Shown: positions 41,001-48,929, numbered from the stretch's first letter. The stretch: DNA of 58,505 nt from Minisyncoccota bacterium (GCA_028711005.1 JAQTTC010000001.1:1-58505), one strand, 5' to 3'. Translations and numbers: made by a program. Notes: a model not told the origin generated them from the letters alone.

Positions 41001-41125
41001 ATAAGAGATTAAAGATTACCCTTGAAAAAGGGAGAGGAGACTCTTCTATTGAATACCAAAGAAATAAATATTTACTCAAAAAATCAAAAACTAAATCTAT
41101 TAAATTGAAGAAATGCAATTTTTAA
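38009..41125 (+). CDS. Fusion protein: beta-phosphoglucomutase (HAD-IA) + glycoside hydrolase family 65 disaccharide phosphorylase
   Basis: N-terminus 'AIFDLDGVITDT' (D9/D11), 'SSSKN', 'GKPDPDIFL' and 'FEDAFSGVEAGKKG' indicate beta-PGM. From about aa 245 the sequence is GH65: 'TTGNGFMGTRG', 'ARGLTGESYHGHIFWD', 'GAMYPWQS' and the catalytic-acid context 'VVGPDEFHE' (E730, codon 40196-40198). Starts 2 nt after the upstream HAD gene. Confidence 0.85.
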   Translation: MDFKGAIFDLDGVITDTAKIHAEAWKLVFDEFLENYNKNHFVPFDKQKDYLKYVDGKPRKKGATDFLESRNIFLGPGKPFDLSSKKTIWGITNKKNHIFLKLLNKKKPIVYENAISLIKKLKAKKIKVGVISSSKNCRRILKTCNLTSVFDIIVDGKTSEQIGLSGKPDPDIFLYASRKLKLNPEDCIIFEDAFSGVEAGKKGNFGLVIGISRNNNINLKSAHFIVKSLKELSTNKLNRLFKKENEKNNWNLNYYYFIPEEEKLREALTTTGNGFMGTRGCFETQSDSQNHYPGCYIAGIYNTLKTKIGKKESINNSLVNCPNWLLIKIKINGDFIDPFKQEIIEYEKKLNYKKAILCHKIIFKDRENRITKITSKRFSSMKNPHLSILDFKITPLNYSGEISLQSLIDGSIENNNVARYRGLKSKHLKIVSTKKINNLLTLHAKTSQSKYDLIFSAKNITKKYTESKFIKSAKLIGEEFLYHQKRNQTINLKKIISIFTSRESANPQKDSLNLLKKTSSTNSAFQSHLKQWKKLWEKCDLFIKGDLFSQNALRFHIYHLLSTYSPNVIGLDVSVPARGLTGESYHGHIFWDEIYITPFFYHHFPEVSKESLIYRYNRLKQAQEYAKKNGYKGAMYPWQSADTGKEETQKIHLNPMDNSWGPDFSRHQRHVSIAIFYNFYKYIYHAKDLQFLHDYGAEVMIEIARFWESIAEYDKKTDKYHIKGVVGPDEFHEKYPWSNKPGFIDNAYTNIMVSWLLQKTAVLSEQLPKNLIKKFKLTKEEINKWKGISKKINVVVKNEIIMQFKDFDKLKKINFEKYKKKYSNIERMDRILKAEGKSPNEYKVIKQPDVLMIFYVLEFQEAIKILRKLGIKIKKPKSFIKKNYNYYASITTHGSTLSKFIHNAILSNLKQDNHMVWKWFKNALESDIYDSQRGTTKEGIHCGLMAGTIEIVRKYFAGVKTHKKGLSLRPWLPAHWKKLRFRIEHQKKQYLFDFNLQDKRLKITLEKGRGDSSIEYQRNKYLLKKSKTKSIKLKKCNF

Positions 41126-41600
41126 GAACTCTCTTCCTGAATTTTACACTATAATCATGTCCAGCATTCTTTTTATAAATTGATAAAAATTCTAAAGTTT
41201 CGTCCCCATTATTTATTGTTCGATGAGCATAATTTTCTGGAACTTTTATCTTTTTATTCTTTTTTAAACTAATTACCTTGGAATTTTCCTTATCTTCCAT
41301 TAAAACTACTCCCTTTCCTCTTGTTAAAATATAATATTCCTTTGAAGGGATCTGATGAATATGTCCTTTTGTCATATAGCATTCTTTGCCAACATTCCCT
41401 TTTTTAATTACTGTTAAGGTTATAAAAAAATCTTTATCGAAATCCTTAGTATATGTTTTATAAATTATAGGATTATTGTTCTTTAATATCCTATTCACTT
41501 CTTCCTGATTAAAATAGTCTTTTTCCATATCTTTTAATCTTCTCTCCCCTTTTTTACTATAATTTTTCTTAAGATCTTGTGCTATTTTTTGCCAATCCAT
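41100..41600 (-). CDS. Cupin-type glucose-6-phosphate isomerase (archaeal cPGI-like)
   Basis: Cupin metal motifs 'TKGHIHQIPSKEYYILTRGKG' and 'VPENYAHRTINNGDETLEFLSIY' match the cPGI pattern (T.GH.H...E.Y / P...H...N). Its 3' end overlaps the GH65 gene convergently by 26 nt. Confidence 0.65.
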   Translation of the reverse strand: MDWQKIAQDLKKNYSKKGERRLKDMEKDYFNQEEVNRILKNNNPIIYKTYTKDFDKDFFITLTVIKKGNVGKECYMTKGHIHQIPSKEYYILTRGKGVVLMEDKENSKVISLKKNKKIKVPENYAHRTINNGDETLEFLSIYKKNAGHDYSVKFRKRVLKNCISSI

Positions 41601-41680
41601 TTTAAAATATTGAATTACTGTTTTTCCTCAGTTTACTTTAAGGTAAACCAAAAATCAATGTTTTATGATATAATATTTTT

Positions 41681-42130
41681 ATGGAAACTTTAGTAACAAA
41701 TAAAAAAGCTTATTTTGATTATGAAATTCTGGAAAAATTTGAAGCAGGAATTGTATTGTCAGGAATAGAAATAAAAGCTGCAAAAACAGGAAAAGCCAAT
41801 TTATCAGGCAGTTTTGCTATTGTTAAAAACAATGAAGCTTATATCTTAAATCTTTCTATTGCACCCTATCAGCCAAAAAATATTAATTTTACATATATCC
41901 CTGATAAAACTAGAAAACTCTTGCTTCATAAAAAACAAATAACATATCTTTTAAGCAAAAAACGACAGAAAAACTTGACTTTAATACCCTTAAGAATGTA
42001 TAATAAAAACGGTTTGATAAAGATAGAATTAGGTCTTGCAAAAGGAAAAAAGAAATTTGATAAAAGAGAAACATTAAAAAAGAAAGAAATTAAAAGAAAG
42101 ATAGATAGGGCTAAAAGAGGAGATATTTAA
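41681..42130 (+). CDS. smpB: SsrA-binding protein SmpB
   Basis: 'NKKAYFDYEILEKFEAGIVLSGIEIK' and 'RKLLLHKKQI' with a basic C-terminal tail. Lies directly upstream of the tmRNA. Confidence 0.9.
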   Translation: METLVTNKKAYFDYEILEKFEAGIVLSGIEIKAAKTGKANLSGSFAIVKNNEAYILNLSIAPYQPKNINFTYIPDKTRKLLLHKKQITYLLSKKRQKNLTLIPLRMYNKNGLIKIELGLAKGKKKFDKRETLKKKEIKRKIDRAKRGDI

Positions 42131-42132
42131 AT

Positions 42133-42507
42133 GGGGATGACGGGATTCGATAAAAAGAAAATTTTTAAATAAGCAAGTCGAGGAGTTCTTGTTAGCTCGT
42201 AAAAAACAAGAAAGCATTAATAAATGCTAATCTCAAACCTGCTTATGCCTATGCTTAATCGCTTAGGCTAAGCCATTCCCTTTTAAGGGAAATCCTTCGG
42301 CAGATTCTCGGTAAGCCAAAAGGATCAAAAACATCGAGATAGATCAGCTTTTAGCTTTTCCGACTAATAACTGATTGAATCTTTTCGGAAATTTTTAAGA
42401 AAAGTTTGTTCATTTTCCTTTTCTTAAAAAAACAAAAATGAACTAAACTTGTAGTGTTGTTTAAAGAGATCTTTTTAGACGTGGGTTCAACTCCCACCTT
42501 CTCCACC
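42133..42507 (+). ncRNA. ssrA: tmRNA (SsrA), standard one-piece form
   Basis: 5' 'GGGGAUGACGGGAUUCGA' and 3' 'GGACGUGGGUUCAACUCCCACCUUCUCCACC', with an acceptor stem carrying G3-U (Ala identity). Internal tag frame 42214-42258 reads gca tta ata aat gct aat ctc aaa cct gct tat gcc tat gct taa = (ALIN)ANLKPAYAYA*. Confidence 0.9.
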
Positions 42508-42539
42508 TTAACTCATAAAACTTCTAATAAATATTTAAT

Positions 42540-43013
42540 TTGATACCAAAAGAAATTCGTCTTATTGACGAAAAAGGAAAACAACTCGGTATTTTTTCTT
42601 TCCAGGAAGCTTCTCAAAAAGCTCAAGAGAGAGGCTTGGATTTGGTCCCTGTTACAACCAAAACCACTCCTCCTATTTACAAGTTAGGAGATTATGGAAA
42701 ATTAAAATACCAAAAAGAAAAAGAATTAAAGAAAAAGAAACTTCAAGAAAGACACACTGCACCAAAATCTGTTCGCTTAGGTTTTAATGAAGGAGAGCAT
42801 GATCTTAATACAAAAATTAAAAAAGTAGAAAAGTTTCTTAAAGAAGAAAAACCAGTCACAATTGAAATGAAGCTAAGAGGAAGACAAAAAGCTCATTTTG
42901 ATTTAGCTAAAGAAAAAATAGAATACTTTTGTCAAAAAATTACAACAGAACATAAAGTAATCCAACCACTTAAAAAAGTTCCCCGAGGATTGATTATTGT
43001 CTTAAAAAAATGA
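42540..43013 (+). CDS. infC: Translation initiation factor IF-3, non-AUG start
   Basis: 'EIRLIDEKGKQLGIFSFQEASQKAQERGLDLV' is the IF3 N-domain, followed by the C-domain 'KSVRLGFNEGEHDLNTK'. The frame opens at 42531 after a TAA and contains no ATG or GTG before the conserved motif; candidate starts are ATA 42531, TTG 42540 and ATA 42543. Confidence 0.9.
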   Translation: MIPKEIRLIDEKGKQLGIFSFQEASQKAQERGLDLVPVTTKTTPPIYKLGDYGKLKYQKEKELKKKKLQERHTAPKSVRLGFNEGEHDLNTKIKKVEKFLKEEKPVTIEMKLRGRQKAHFDLAKEKIEYFCQKITTEHKVIQPLKKVPRGLIIVLKK

Positions 43014-43186
43014 AAATAAAATTATTTAGTAAAAGACTTAAACAAACAAAACAAGGAAAAATTATTAGAAGATCTAGTAACCTTGGACACACAAAAGCAA
43101 AAGACGCTACTAAAGTGAAAAGAAGAAGGAAAAGAACCATTTCCGTAGAAACACAAAAAAAATTAATTCTTCAACATTCACAATAA
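43010..43186 (+). CDS. rpmI: 50S ribosomal protein L35 (58 aa; absent from the ORF track)
   Basis: Hand translation gives MKIKLFSKRLKQTKQGKIIRRSSNLGHTKAKDATKVKRRRKRTISVETQKKLILQHSQ*. ATGA overlap with the infC stop. Canonical infC-rpmI-rplT order. Confidence 0.8.
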   Translation: MKIKLFSKRLKQTKQGKIIRRSSNLGHTKAKDATKVKRRRKRTISVETQKKLILQHSQ

Positions 43187-43213
43187 AAACTTCTTTGAAG
43201 TAATTTTAATATT

Positions 43214-43558
43214 ATGGCTAGAGTAAAAAGAGGTACCATTGCAAACAAAAGAAGAAAAAATCTTTTAAAAAATACTAAAGGATTTAGATATGGTAGGAAA
43301 ACTAAATACCGTTTAGCTAAAGAAGCCTTATTACATGCATGGACAAAAGCCTTTAAAGATAGAAAAATTAAAAAAAGAGAAGCCAGAAAACTTTGGCAAG
43401 TAAAAATTAATGCTGCCCTAAAAGCAGAAGGATTTAATTATAATAAATTTATAAAAGGATTAAAAGATAAAAAGATTAATTTAGATAGAAAAATTTTAGC
43501 TGAATTAGCTGAAAAACATCCTTCTATTTTTAAACAAATAACAAAGGAGGTATTCTAA
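43214..43558 (+). CDS. rplT: 50S ribosomal protein L20
   Basis: 'MARVKRGTIANKRRKNLLKNTKGFRYGRK' and 'RKLWQVKINAA'. Confidence 0.95.
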   Translation: MARVKRGTIANKRRKNLLKNTKGFRYGRKTKYRLAKEALLHAWTKAFKDRKIKKREARKLWQVKINAALKAEGFNYNKFIKGLKDKKINLDRKILAELAEKHPSIFKQITKEVF

Positions 43559-46107
43559 ATATTATTTATTTTTGTCTTCAATTCTCCTTCTTCTAAGGTA
43601 AAAAATATTTGGCTATTAGAGCCAATTTTTTCTTTTAAAATGGCTCTGGCTAAATTATCTTTTATATAATGTCTAATAACGGAATCTAGGGGTCTTGCTC
43701 CAAAAATTGGATTGTACCCTAATTGAGCTAATTTCTCGACTACTCCTTCGCCAAAAGACAGCTCAATCTTTTTGTTTTTCATTAAGGACTCAGATAAAGC
43801 CCTTAATTTTAATTTTACAATTTCTGTAAGATGCTCTTGGGTTAAAGGTCTAAAAACAACTACTTCATTAAATCTATTTAAAAGTTCTGGCTTAAAGAAA
43901 TTAGTTAATTTATTTTTTAATACATCTGAAAGTTTTTGAGGTTCAGTTCCTTTTTCTATTTCGTCTTTAATAAAATCTGATAAAGCATTAGAAGTCGCAA
44001 TAATGATCGTATTTGTAAAATCAATTGTTTCTCCAATGTTATCTGTCAACCTTCCTTCATCAAAAAGAGCTAAGAAAATATTTAAAACATCTTGATGAGC
44101 TTTTTCAAATTCATCTAAAAGAATTAGAGAAAAAGGATTACTTTTTACCGCCTCTGTTAAAACTCCTCCACTTTCTCCTTCAGGACTACCAATAAAACGA
44201 TATATGCTTCTTTTATCCTGGTATTCAGCCATATCAAAACGAATCATTGTTTTTTCACTACCAAAATAAATTTTGGCTAAAGTTTTAGCTAATTCAGTCT
44301 TTCCTACTCCAGTTGGACCTACAAAAAGAAAAACTGAAATTGGCTTATTAATATTAACTAACCCTGTACGATATTGCCTTAGAGCCGAAGACACTAATTG
44401 AACCGCATGCTCTTGATTAATTAATTGTTCGTGAATTAACTTTTCTAAATTTAATAATTTTTCTTTTTCTTCTTCGGAAGAAATATCTAGAGGAATCTGA
44501 GTTTTCAAACTTACTAAATCCACAATATCTTGCTCTTTAACTATTTTTTTACCTTGACGACGAGCGCCTTCAAGGGCTTCTGTTAAAAGTGATTCTGCTG
44601 AAGAAGGTAAAGGAATAGAGCCCAAAAATCTCTGAGCCAAATTAACAGCTCTCTTTATTGCTTTAAAACTAATTTTTATCCTTGTTTTACGTTGTAGCTC
44701 TAAAGAACGAAATGATAAAAAAGTGATTGATTCTTCAGTAGTTAATTCCTTAACTCTAATAATTTCAAAGTTTTCTTTAACAATTGAATCAGTTTCTAGA
44801 TAGCGACGATAATCTTCTGGTGTTGCAGCTGCAATAATTGGAACCCAAGAAGCATTTACCAAAGATTGAAAAGTATCTAAAGCATTAAACCCTCCTTTCT
44901 GAGCTAAGGATTTATAATTATGAAATTGAGGTAGATAAAGAACAATATCTCTATTCACTAAAAGTTCTTTAGTGATTTTAGTTAATCGATTGAATACCTC
45001 TAAAGGCTCTTGAATGTCTTCAAAAAGAGAAGAAAGGGGAAGACTAATAAGACGATAATCCCGTAACCCTGCAGGTATTCTATCCTTTGACAAGTTTAAA
45101 GCTAGATAAGAAACAAGTGTATCCTTACCTACTCCTGCAGGACCAACCAAAAGAATGTTTCTTTTGCCTTGCCTATTTAAAATATCTACCAAGCTCTGGT
45201 ATTCTTGCTGATGGCCAATCATAACTCCAATTTTTAATTTTAAAGCCAATTCTGTAAAATCAGTTCCATAAAGATCTAAAAATGGAGTTGGCCTAGAAGT
45301 AAAAGATCTATTAACTTTAATTCTTTTAGGTTGAAAACTAATTTCTTTCTTATCAGCCAAACCTTTTAAAACTTCCATGCCTTTTTCATTATAAAGACGA
45401 TTCATTTCAAGCGCTGTTCTTAAATCGTTTTTATCAAGATGAAAAAGATTAAAAACACTAATTACTTGTGGATCTTGAGATAAATACAAAGAAAGAATTA
45501 AAGCCTCTGTTTTAATTGAATTTCTTTTAAGGCTCTGTGCTTCAATAAACGCTCCATAACAGATTTTTTCTAAAAATGCTTGGTAGTCTTGTTTTGATAT
45601 TTTTTTTCTTTCTTTTAATTTTTCTTGATTAAGACATTTTTCCATTTCTTGAATTTCTGGAGAAAAAATATCTAGAAAAGCCAATGATTCAATTACTTCT
45701 CTTTGAAAAATAAGAATGGACAAAAGAGCTGCCGGTAAAGATAAATCATTATTAATGGCAACATTTTTTGTCTCTAAAAGAATACTCTTTGCTTTTGGTG
45801 AAAGAAATTGAGCTAGATTAATTTCTTTCTTATTTAAATTTTTTTCTGATAAAGAAAGATCAGCAAAATTTTGTTTAATAAAAACATAAACAAAAAACAA
45901 AAAGAAAATAATTGCTAAATTATACCAACGTTCTATTCGAAGAACTAACAAAAAAAAGAAAAAAATCAATCCTAAATAAAGAAAGGTATTAAAGATTACT
46001 CTATATAAAAATCCTTGCCAAATAGACCAGAAAAAAGAATCATCTTTAAAAACAAAAATAGATTCTTTATTTATTTTTTTATTAATATTGTTTTGTTTTT
46101 TATTCAT
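43555..46107 (-). CDS. Membrane-anchored Clp/Hsp100-like double AAA+ protein with a degenerate D1
   Basis: N-terminal TM helices (about aa 25-78) followed by Clp_N-like repeats. D1 has 'LLVGPAGVGKDTL', with Asp in place of the Walker A Ser/Thr, and 'IVLYLPQFH' where ClpB has 'ILFIDEIH'. D2 is intact: '[14 protein letters not shown]', 'LILLDEFEKAH', 'ATSN', 'GARPL'. Confidence 0.75.
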   Translation of the reverse strand: MNKKQNNINKKINKESIFVFKDDSFFWSIWQGFLYRVIFNTFLYLGLIFFFFLLVLRIERWYNLAIIFFLFFVYVFIKQNFADLSLSEKNLNKKEINLAQFLSPKAKSILLETKNVAINNDLSLPAALLSILIFQREVIESLAFLDIFSPEIQEMEKCLNQEKLKERKKISKQDYQAFLEKICYGAFIEAQSLKRNSIKTEALILSLYLSQDPQVISVFNLFHLDKNDLRTALEMNRLYNEKGMEVLKGLADKKEISFQPKRIKVNRSFTSRPTPFLDLYGTDFTELALKLKIGVMIGHQQEYQSLVDILNRQGKRNILLVGPAGVGKDTLVSYLALNLSKDRIPAGLRDYRLISLPLSSLFEDIQEPLEVFNRLTKITKELLVNRDIVLYLPQFHNYKSLAQKGGFNALDTFQSLVNASWVPIIAAATPEDYRRYLETDSIVKENFEIIRVKELTTEESITFLSFRSLELQRKTRIKISFKAIKRAVNLAQRFLGSIPLPSSAESLLTEALEGARRQGKKIVKEQDIVDLVSLKTQIPLDISSEEEKEKLLNLEKLIHEQLINQEHAVQLVSSALRQYRTGLVNINKPISVFLFVGPTGVGKTELAKTLAKIYFGSEKTMIRFDMAEYQDKRSIYRFIGSPEGESGGVLTEAVKSNPFSLILLDEFEKAHQDVLNIFLALFDEGRLTDNIGETIDFTNTIIIATSNALSDFIKDEIEKGTEPQKLSDVLKNKLTNFFKPELLNRFNEVVVFRPLTQEHLTEIVKLKLRALSESLMKNKKIELSFGEGVVEKLAQLGYNPIFGARPLDSVIRHYIKDNLARAILKEKIGSNSQIFFTLEEGELKTKINNI

Positions 46108-46112
46108 TACTT

Positions 46113-46466
46113 TTATGGTAAAAGTGTTTTAAAAATTAAATAAAAAGGTAATAAAAACCATAAAAGATAAATTATTCCAAAAAACAAGGTTAAAATTGTT
46201 AAAATTATTATCCCAATAATTATCTTTATTATCCTATAAGGAATACTTAATAAATAAGCGGGGATTGAATGCTCTTGCCAAAGAGGAATCGTAAAATAAC
46301 GAAAATTTACAATTAAACCAGTTTTGTATTCTAATTTAGCAAACCAATTTTGATAAATTCCAAAAATAAAATATCGCCCATCAACAAAATAAGTTTTTAA
46401 AAAACCTAAAGCATAAAAGCCTACTTTTTTTAGAAAATATCCTGGCAATGTTTTATTTATAATCAT
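46113..46466 (-). CDS. Small membrane protein, unknown function
   Basis: 117-aa ORF with a C-terminal hydrophobic block 'IIKIIIGIIILTILTLFFGIIYLLWFLLPFYLIF'. Lies 5 nt upstream of the AAA+ gene on the same strand. Confidence 0.4.
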   Translation of the reverse strand: MIINKTLPGYFLKKVGFYALGFLKTYFVDGRYFIFGIYQNWFAKLEYKTGLIVNFRYFTIPLWQEHSIPAYLLSIPYRIIKIIIGIIILTILTLFFGIIYLLWFLLPFYLIFKTLLP

Positions 46467-46478
46467 TATTAAGAATTA

Positions 46479-47753
46479 TTAAAAAAGTTTATTCTGGGCT
46501 TTAATTTTTCTTTCTTCTTCTTGAAATATTTTTACTTTTCCAAACTCACCATCATATCCAGGTTCTATGATTAATTCCCCTTTTCTAACCCTTTCTATAC
46601 CTTGAACAATTTCAGGAAGAGTAAAAGCACTTAAATCTTTTAAAGACACATCTAATAAAATAGCAAATTCATTAGAAAATCTTTCTATTAGCTTTTTATA
46701 ATATTCATCTACGGTTTTCGTACGAGATTGAACCCCTAAAGCTTCAGCAATAATTTCTGGCAAAGGAACTAAACTTTTATACGGAATAGCATTTTTAGGC
46801 TTAAAACCTGTTTCTCTGTCAGCCAACTCATCTACCCGAGACAAAACACCAACAGTTAGTTTTTTACCACATTTAGGACAAATCCCTTTATTTTCTTTGG
46901 TTTGCTGTGGAGACATTCTTACCTGACACAAACGGTGACCATCGTAATGATATTTTCCTTCTTCAGGAAAAAACTCAATTGTATATAAGAATTTTAAAGG
47001 ATCCTTCTCTCTAATCGCCTTACTAATTGATGAGTAATTTAATTCTGTATCGAAAATATTAACTTCTCTACCCAACTTAGCTGGACTATGAGCATCTGAA
47101 TTAGATATTAAAGTAAAATTATCTAAAGCTGAAAGACGCCAATTCATTAAAGGATCACTGCTTAACCCTGTTTCTAAAGCTGCTAACTGTTTTACATTTT
47201 CCCCAAAAGCATCTTCTAGTGAATCAAATCCTGACATTGAGCCAAGAACTCCAAACCAAGGAGTCCAAATATGCGCTGGAATAAATAAAGCTCGAGGATC
47301 AGATTCCATCACAATTTTTAAAAGTTCTTCTGAGTCCATCCCTAGAATAGGGCGTCCATCTGATTTAATATTTCCTTGCCAAGAAAGTATATTGCTTATC
47401 TTTTCTGCTGCTTTTAGAGAAGATAAAATAATAAGATTATGAACTCTACGGCCTCTTCCATTTCGTCTGTAGATATTTGAAATCTCTCCAGTGACTACAA
47501 ATCTTACTAAATTTTGTTTTGTATTTGTTAACTGATTAACTCCGATTTGATTTTTAAGTTTATACAATCCTTCTTCTGCTGGCTCTAATTTATTTTTTAA
47601 TTCTTTAAACCATTCTGGATGAGTAAAATCCCCAGTTCCTACTACATTAATTCCCTTCTCTTGAGCTACTTGAAAAATATGCTCTAAATCCATATCCCGA
47701 GAAGTCGCCCTTGAATATTTAGAATGAATGTGAAAATCAGCAATAATTTTCAT
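46479..47753 (-). CDS. Endonuclease Q family protein (PHP domain + Zn finger)
   Basis: 'ADFHIHSKYSRATS', 'VGTGDFTHPEW', 'RRVHNLII', 'IPAHIWTPW', 'SNSDAHSP', 'GKYHYDGHRLC...CPKCGKKLTVGVLSRVDELADR' and a C-terminal 'EPGYDGEFGKVKIF'. Overall layout and length (424 aa) match EndoQ. Confidence 0.75.
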   Translation of the reverse strand: MKIIADFHIHSKYSRATSRDMDLEHIFQVAQEKGINVVGTGDFTHPEWFKELKNKLEPAEEGLYKLKNQIGVNQLTNTKQNLVRFVVTGEISNIYRRNGRGRRVHNLIILSSLKAAEKISNILSWQGNIKSDGRPILGMDSEELLKIVMESDPRALFIPAHIWTPWFGVLGSMSGFDSLEDAFGENVKQLAALETGLSSDPLMNWRLSALDNFTLISNSDAHSPAKLGREVNIFDTELNYSSISKAIREKDPLKFLYTIEFFPEEGKYHYDGHRLCQVRMSPQQTKENKGICPKCGKKLTVGVLSRVDELADRETGFKPKNAIPYKSLVPLPEIIAEALGVQSRTKTVDEYYKKLIERFSNEFAILLDVSLKDLSAFTLPEIVQGIERVRKGELIIEPGYDGEFGKVKIFQEEERKIKAQNKLF

Positions 47754-47762
47754 AAAAAATAT

Positions 47763-48929
47763 TTAATAAACCAAAAATGTCTGACAAAGAGCTCCAATAA
47801 TAAAAGCTGTAATCAAAACTACTACTAAAGCTGTATTTAAAGGAACTTGGTATGGTGGTTCTAGATCACTTTGTTTTTTAGCTTGTTTTAAAACTAAAAG
47901 AATCATTATTCCTTCAAACCCTCCTAACATCCCTCCAGTAAAAGAAATTAATTTTACTAAATTTTCTAATTGTAGAAAATAAATTAACAAAGGACCAACA
48001 ATTACAAGAAAATAACTAATAAAAGGGGTCCATTTAAAATCATTAATAAAACTATTCTTTATATAAGAAGCAAAAATTAAATACGAAGTGACAACTGCTA
48101 AAAACCCTAAACCAGCTCCTAACAAGATAATACTCTCACCTAAAATACCTTTCAACCCTTGAACTGTTTCTAAAGTAGTTGCCGAACCGCTTACTCCCAC
48201 AACTGTAACCATAAATGCTAAATAGCACAAAACAGGAAGAATTGTCCCAATGATAATAACTTTTTTAAGCTTCTTCTTGTCTTCTTTTCTTTTCTCTAAA
48301 ACCTTAGCTGCTTCAGGAATAGCTACCATCCCATTAAGAGCAAAAAAGATTGCCCCATAAGGAATCAACCACCCCCATTTATTACTAAACTCAAAAAAGT
48401 TTAAATTTTCTATTTCAAAATGAAGAGAAGAAAAAACGACAATAACTAAAAGTAAAAACAGAAGAAGGAAAGACAAATAAAAATTAATTTTTGAAAGTTT
48501 TTTACCATTAGTTAAAACTATTAAACTTAGAAAAAGCCAGATCAAGATAACTAAAAAACCCTGGGGAAAAGTAACTCCTGAAAAAAAGAAATCAATGATT
48601 ACTCCTAAAAATTGACTTCCTAATAAAAGAAATATTAAAAGAGAAAAAGCAAAAGTTAAAAAAGTAATTAAAAGAACGAACCTTTTAGCTGAAGAGTTTA
48701 AATAATGACCAATATATCCTGGCAAGCGATAATCTTCTTTTGTTCTTAAAACTATTTCTCCAAAACTTAAATGAAGAAACATGATTATAAAACTAACAAT
48801 AACCAACCAAGTTATTGTTATTACTATTCCAGAATTAGCAGCTATATAAGGCAAGGTGAAAACACCTGCCCCAATAATTGTTCCCACCAAAACAGCAATA
48901 GCTTCAAATACAGCTAATTTTTTCATCAT
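47763..48929 (-). CDS. Amino acid permease-like transporter (about 11 TM)
   Basis: Polytopic membrane protein. The N-terminus 'FEAIAVLVGTIIGAGVFTLPYIAANSG' resembles aromatic/hydroxy amino acid permease families. Substrate unknown. Confidence 0.5.
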   Translation of the reverse strand: MMKKLAVFEAIAVLVGTIIGAGVFTLPYIAANSGIVITITWLVIVSFIIMFLHLSFGEIVLRTKEDYRLPGYIGHYLNSSAKRFVLLITFLTFAFSLLIFLLLGSQFLGVIIDFFFSGVTFPQGFLVILIWLFLSLIVLTNGKKLSKINFYLSFLLLFLLLVIVVFSSLHFEIENLNFFEFSNKWGWLIPYGAIFFALNGMVAIPEAAKVLEKRKEDKKKLKKVIIIGTILPVLCYLAFMVTVVGVSGSATTLETVQGLKGILGESIILLGAGLGFLAVVTSYLIFASYIKNSFINDFKWTPFISYFLVIVGPLLIYFLQLENLVKLISFTGGMLGGFEGIMILLVLKQAKKQSDLEPPYQVPLNTALVVVLITAFIIGALCQTFLVY

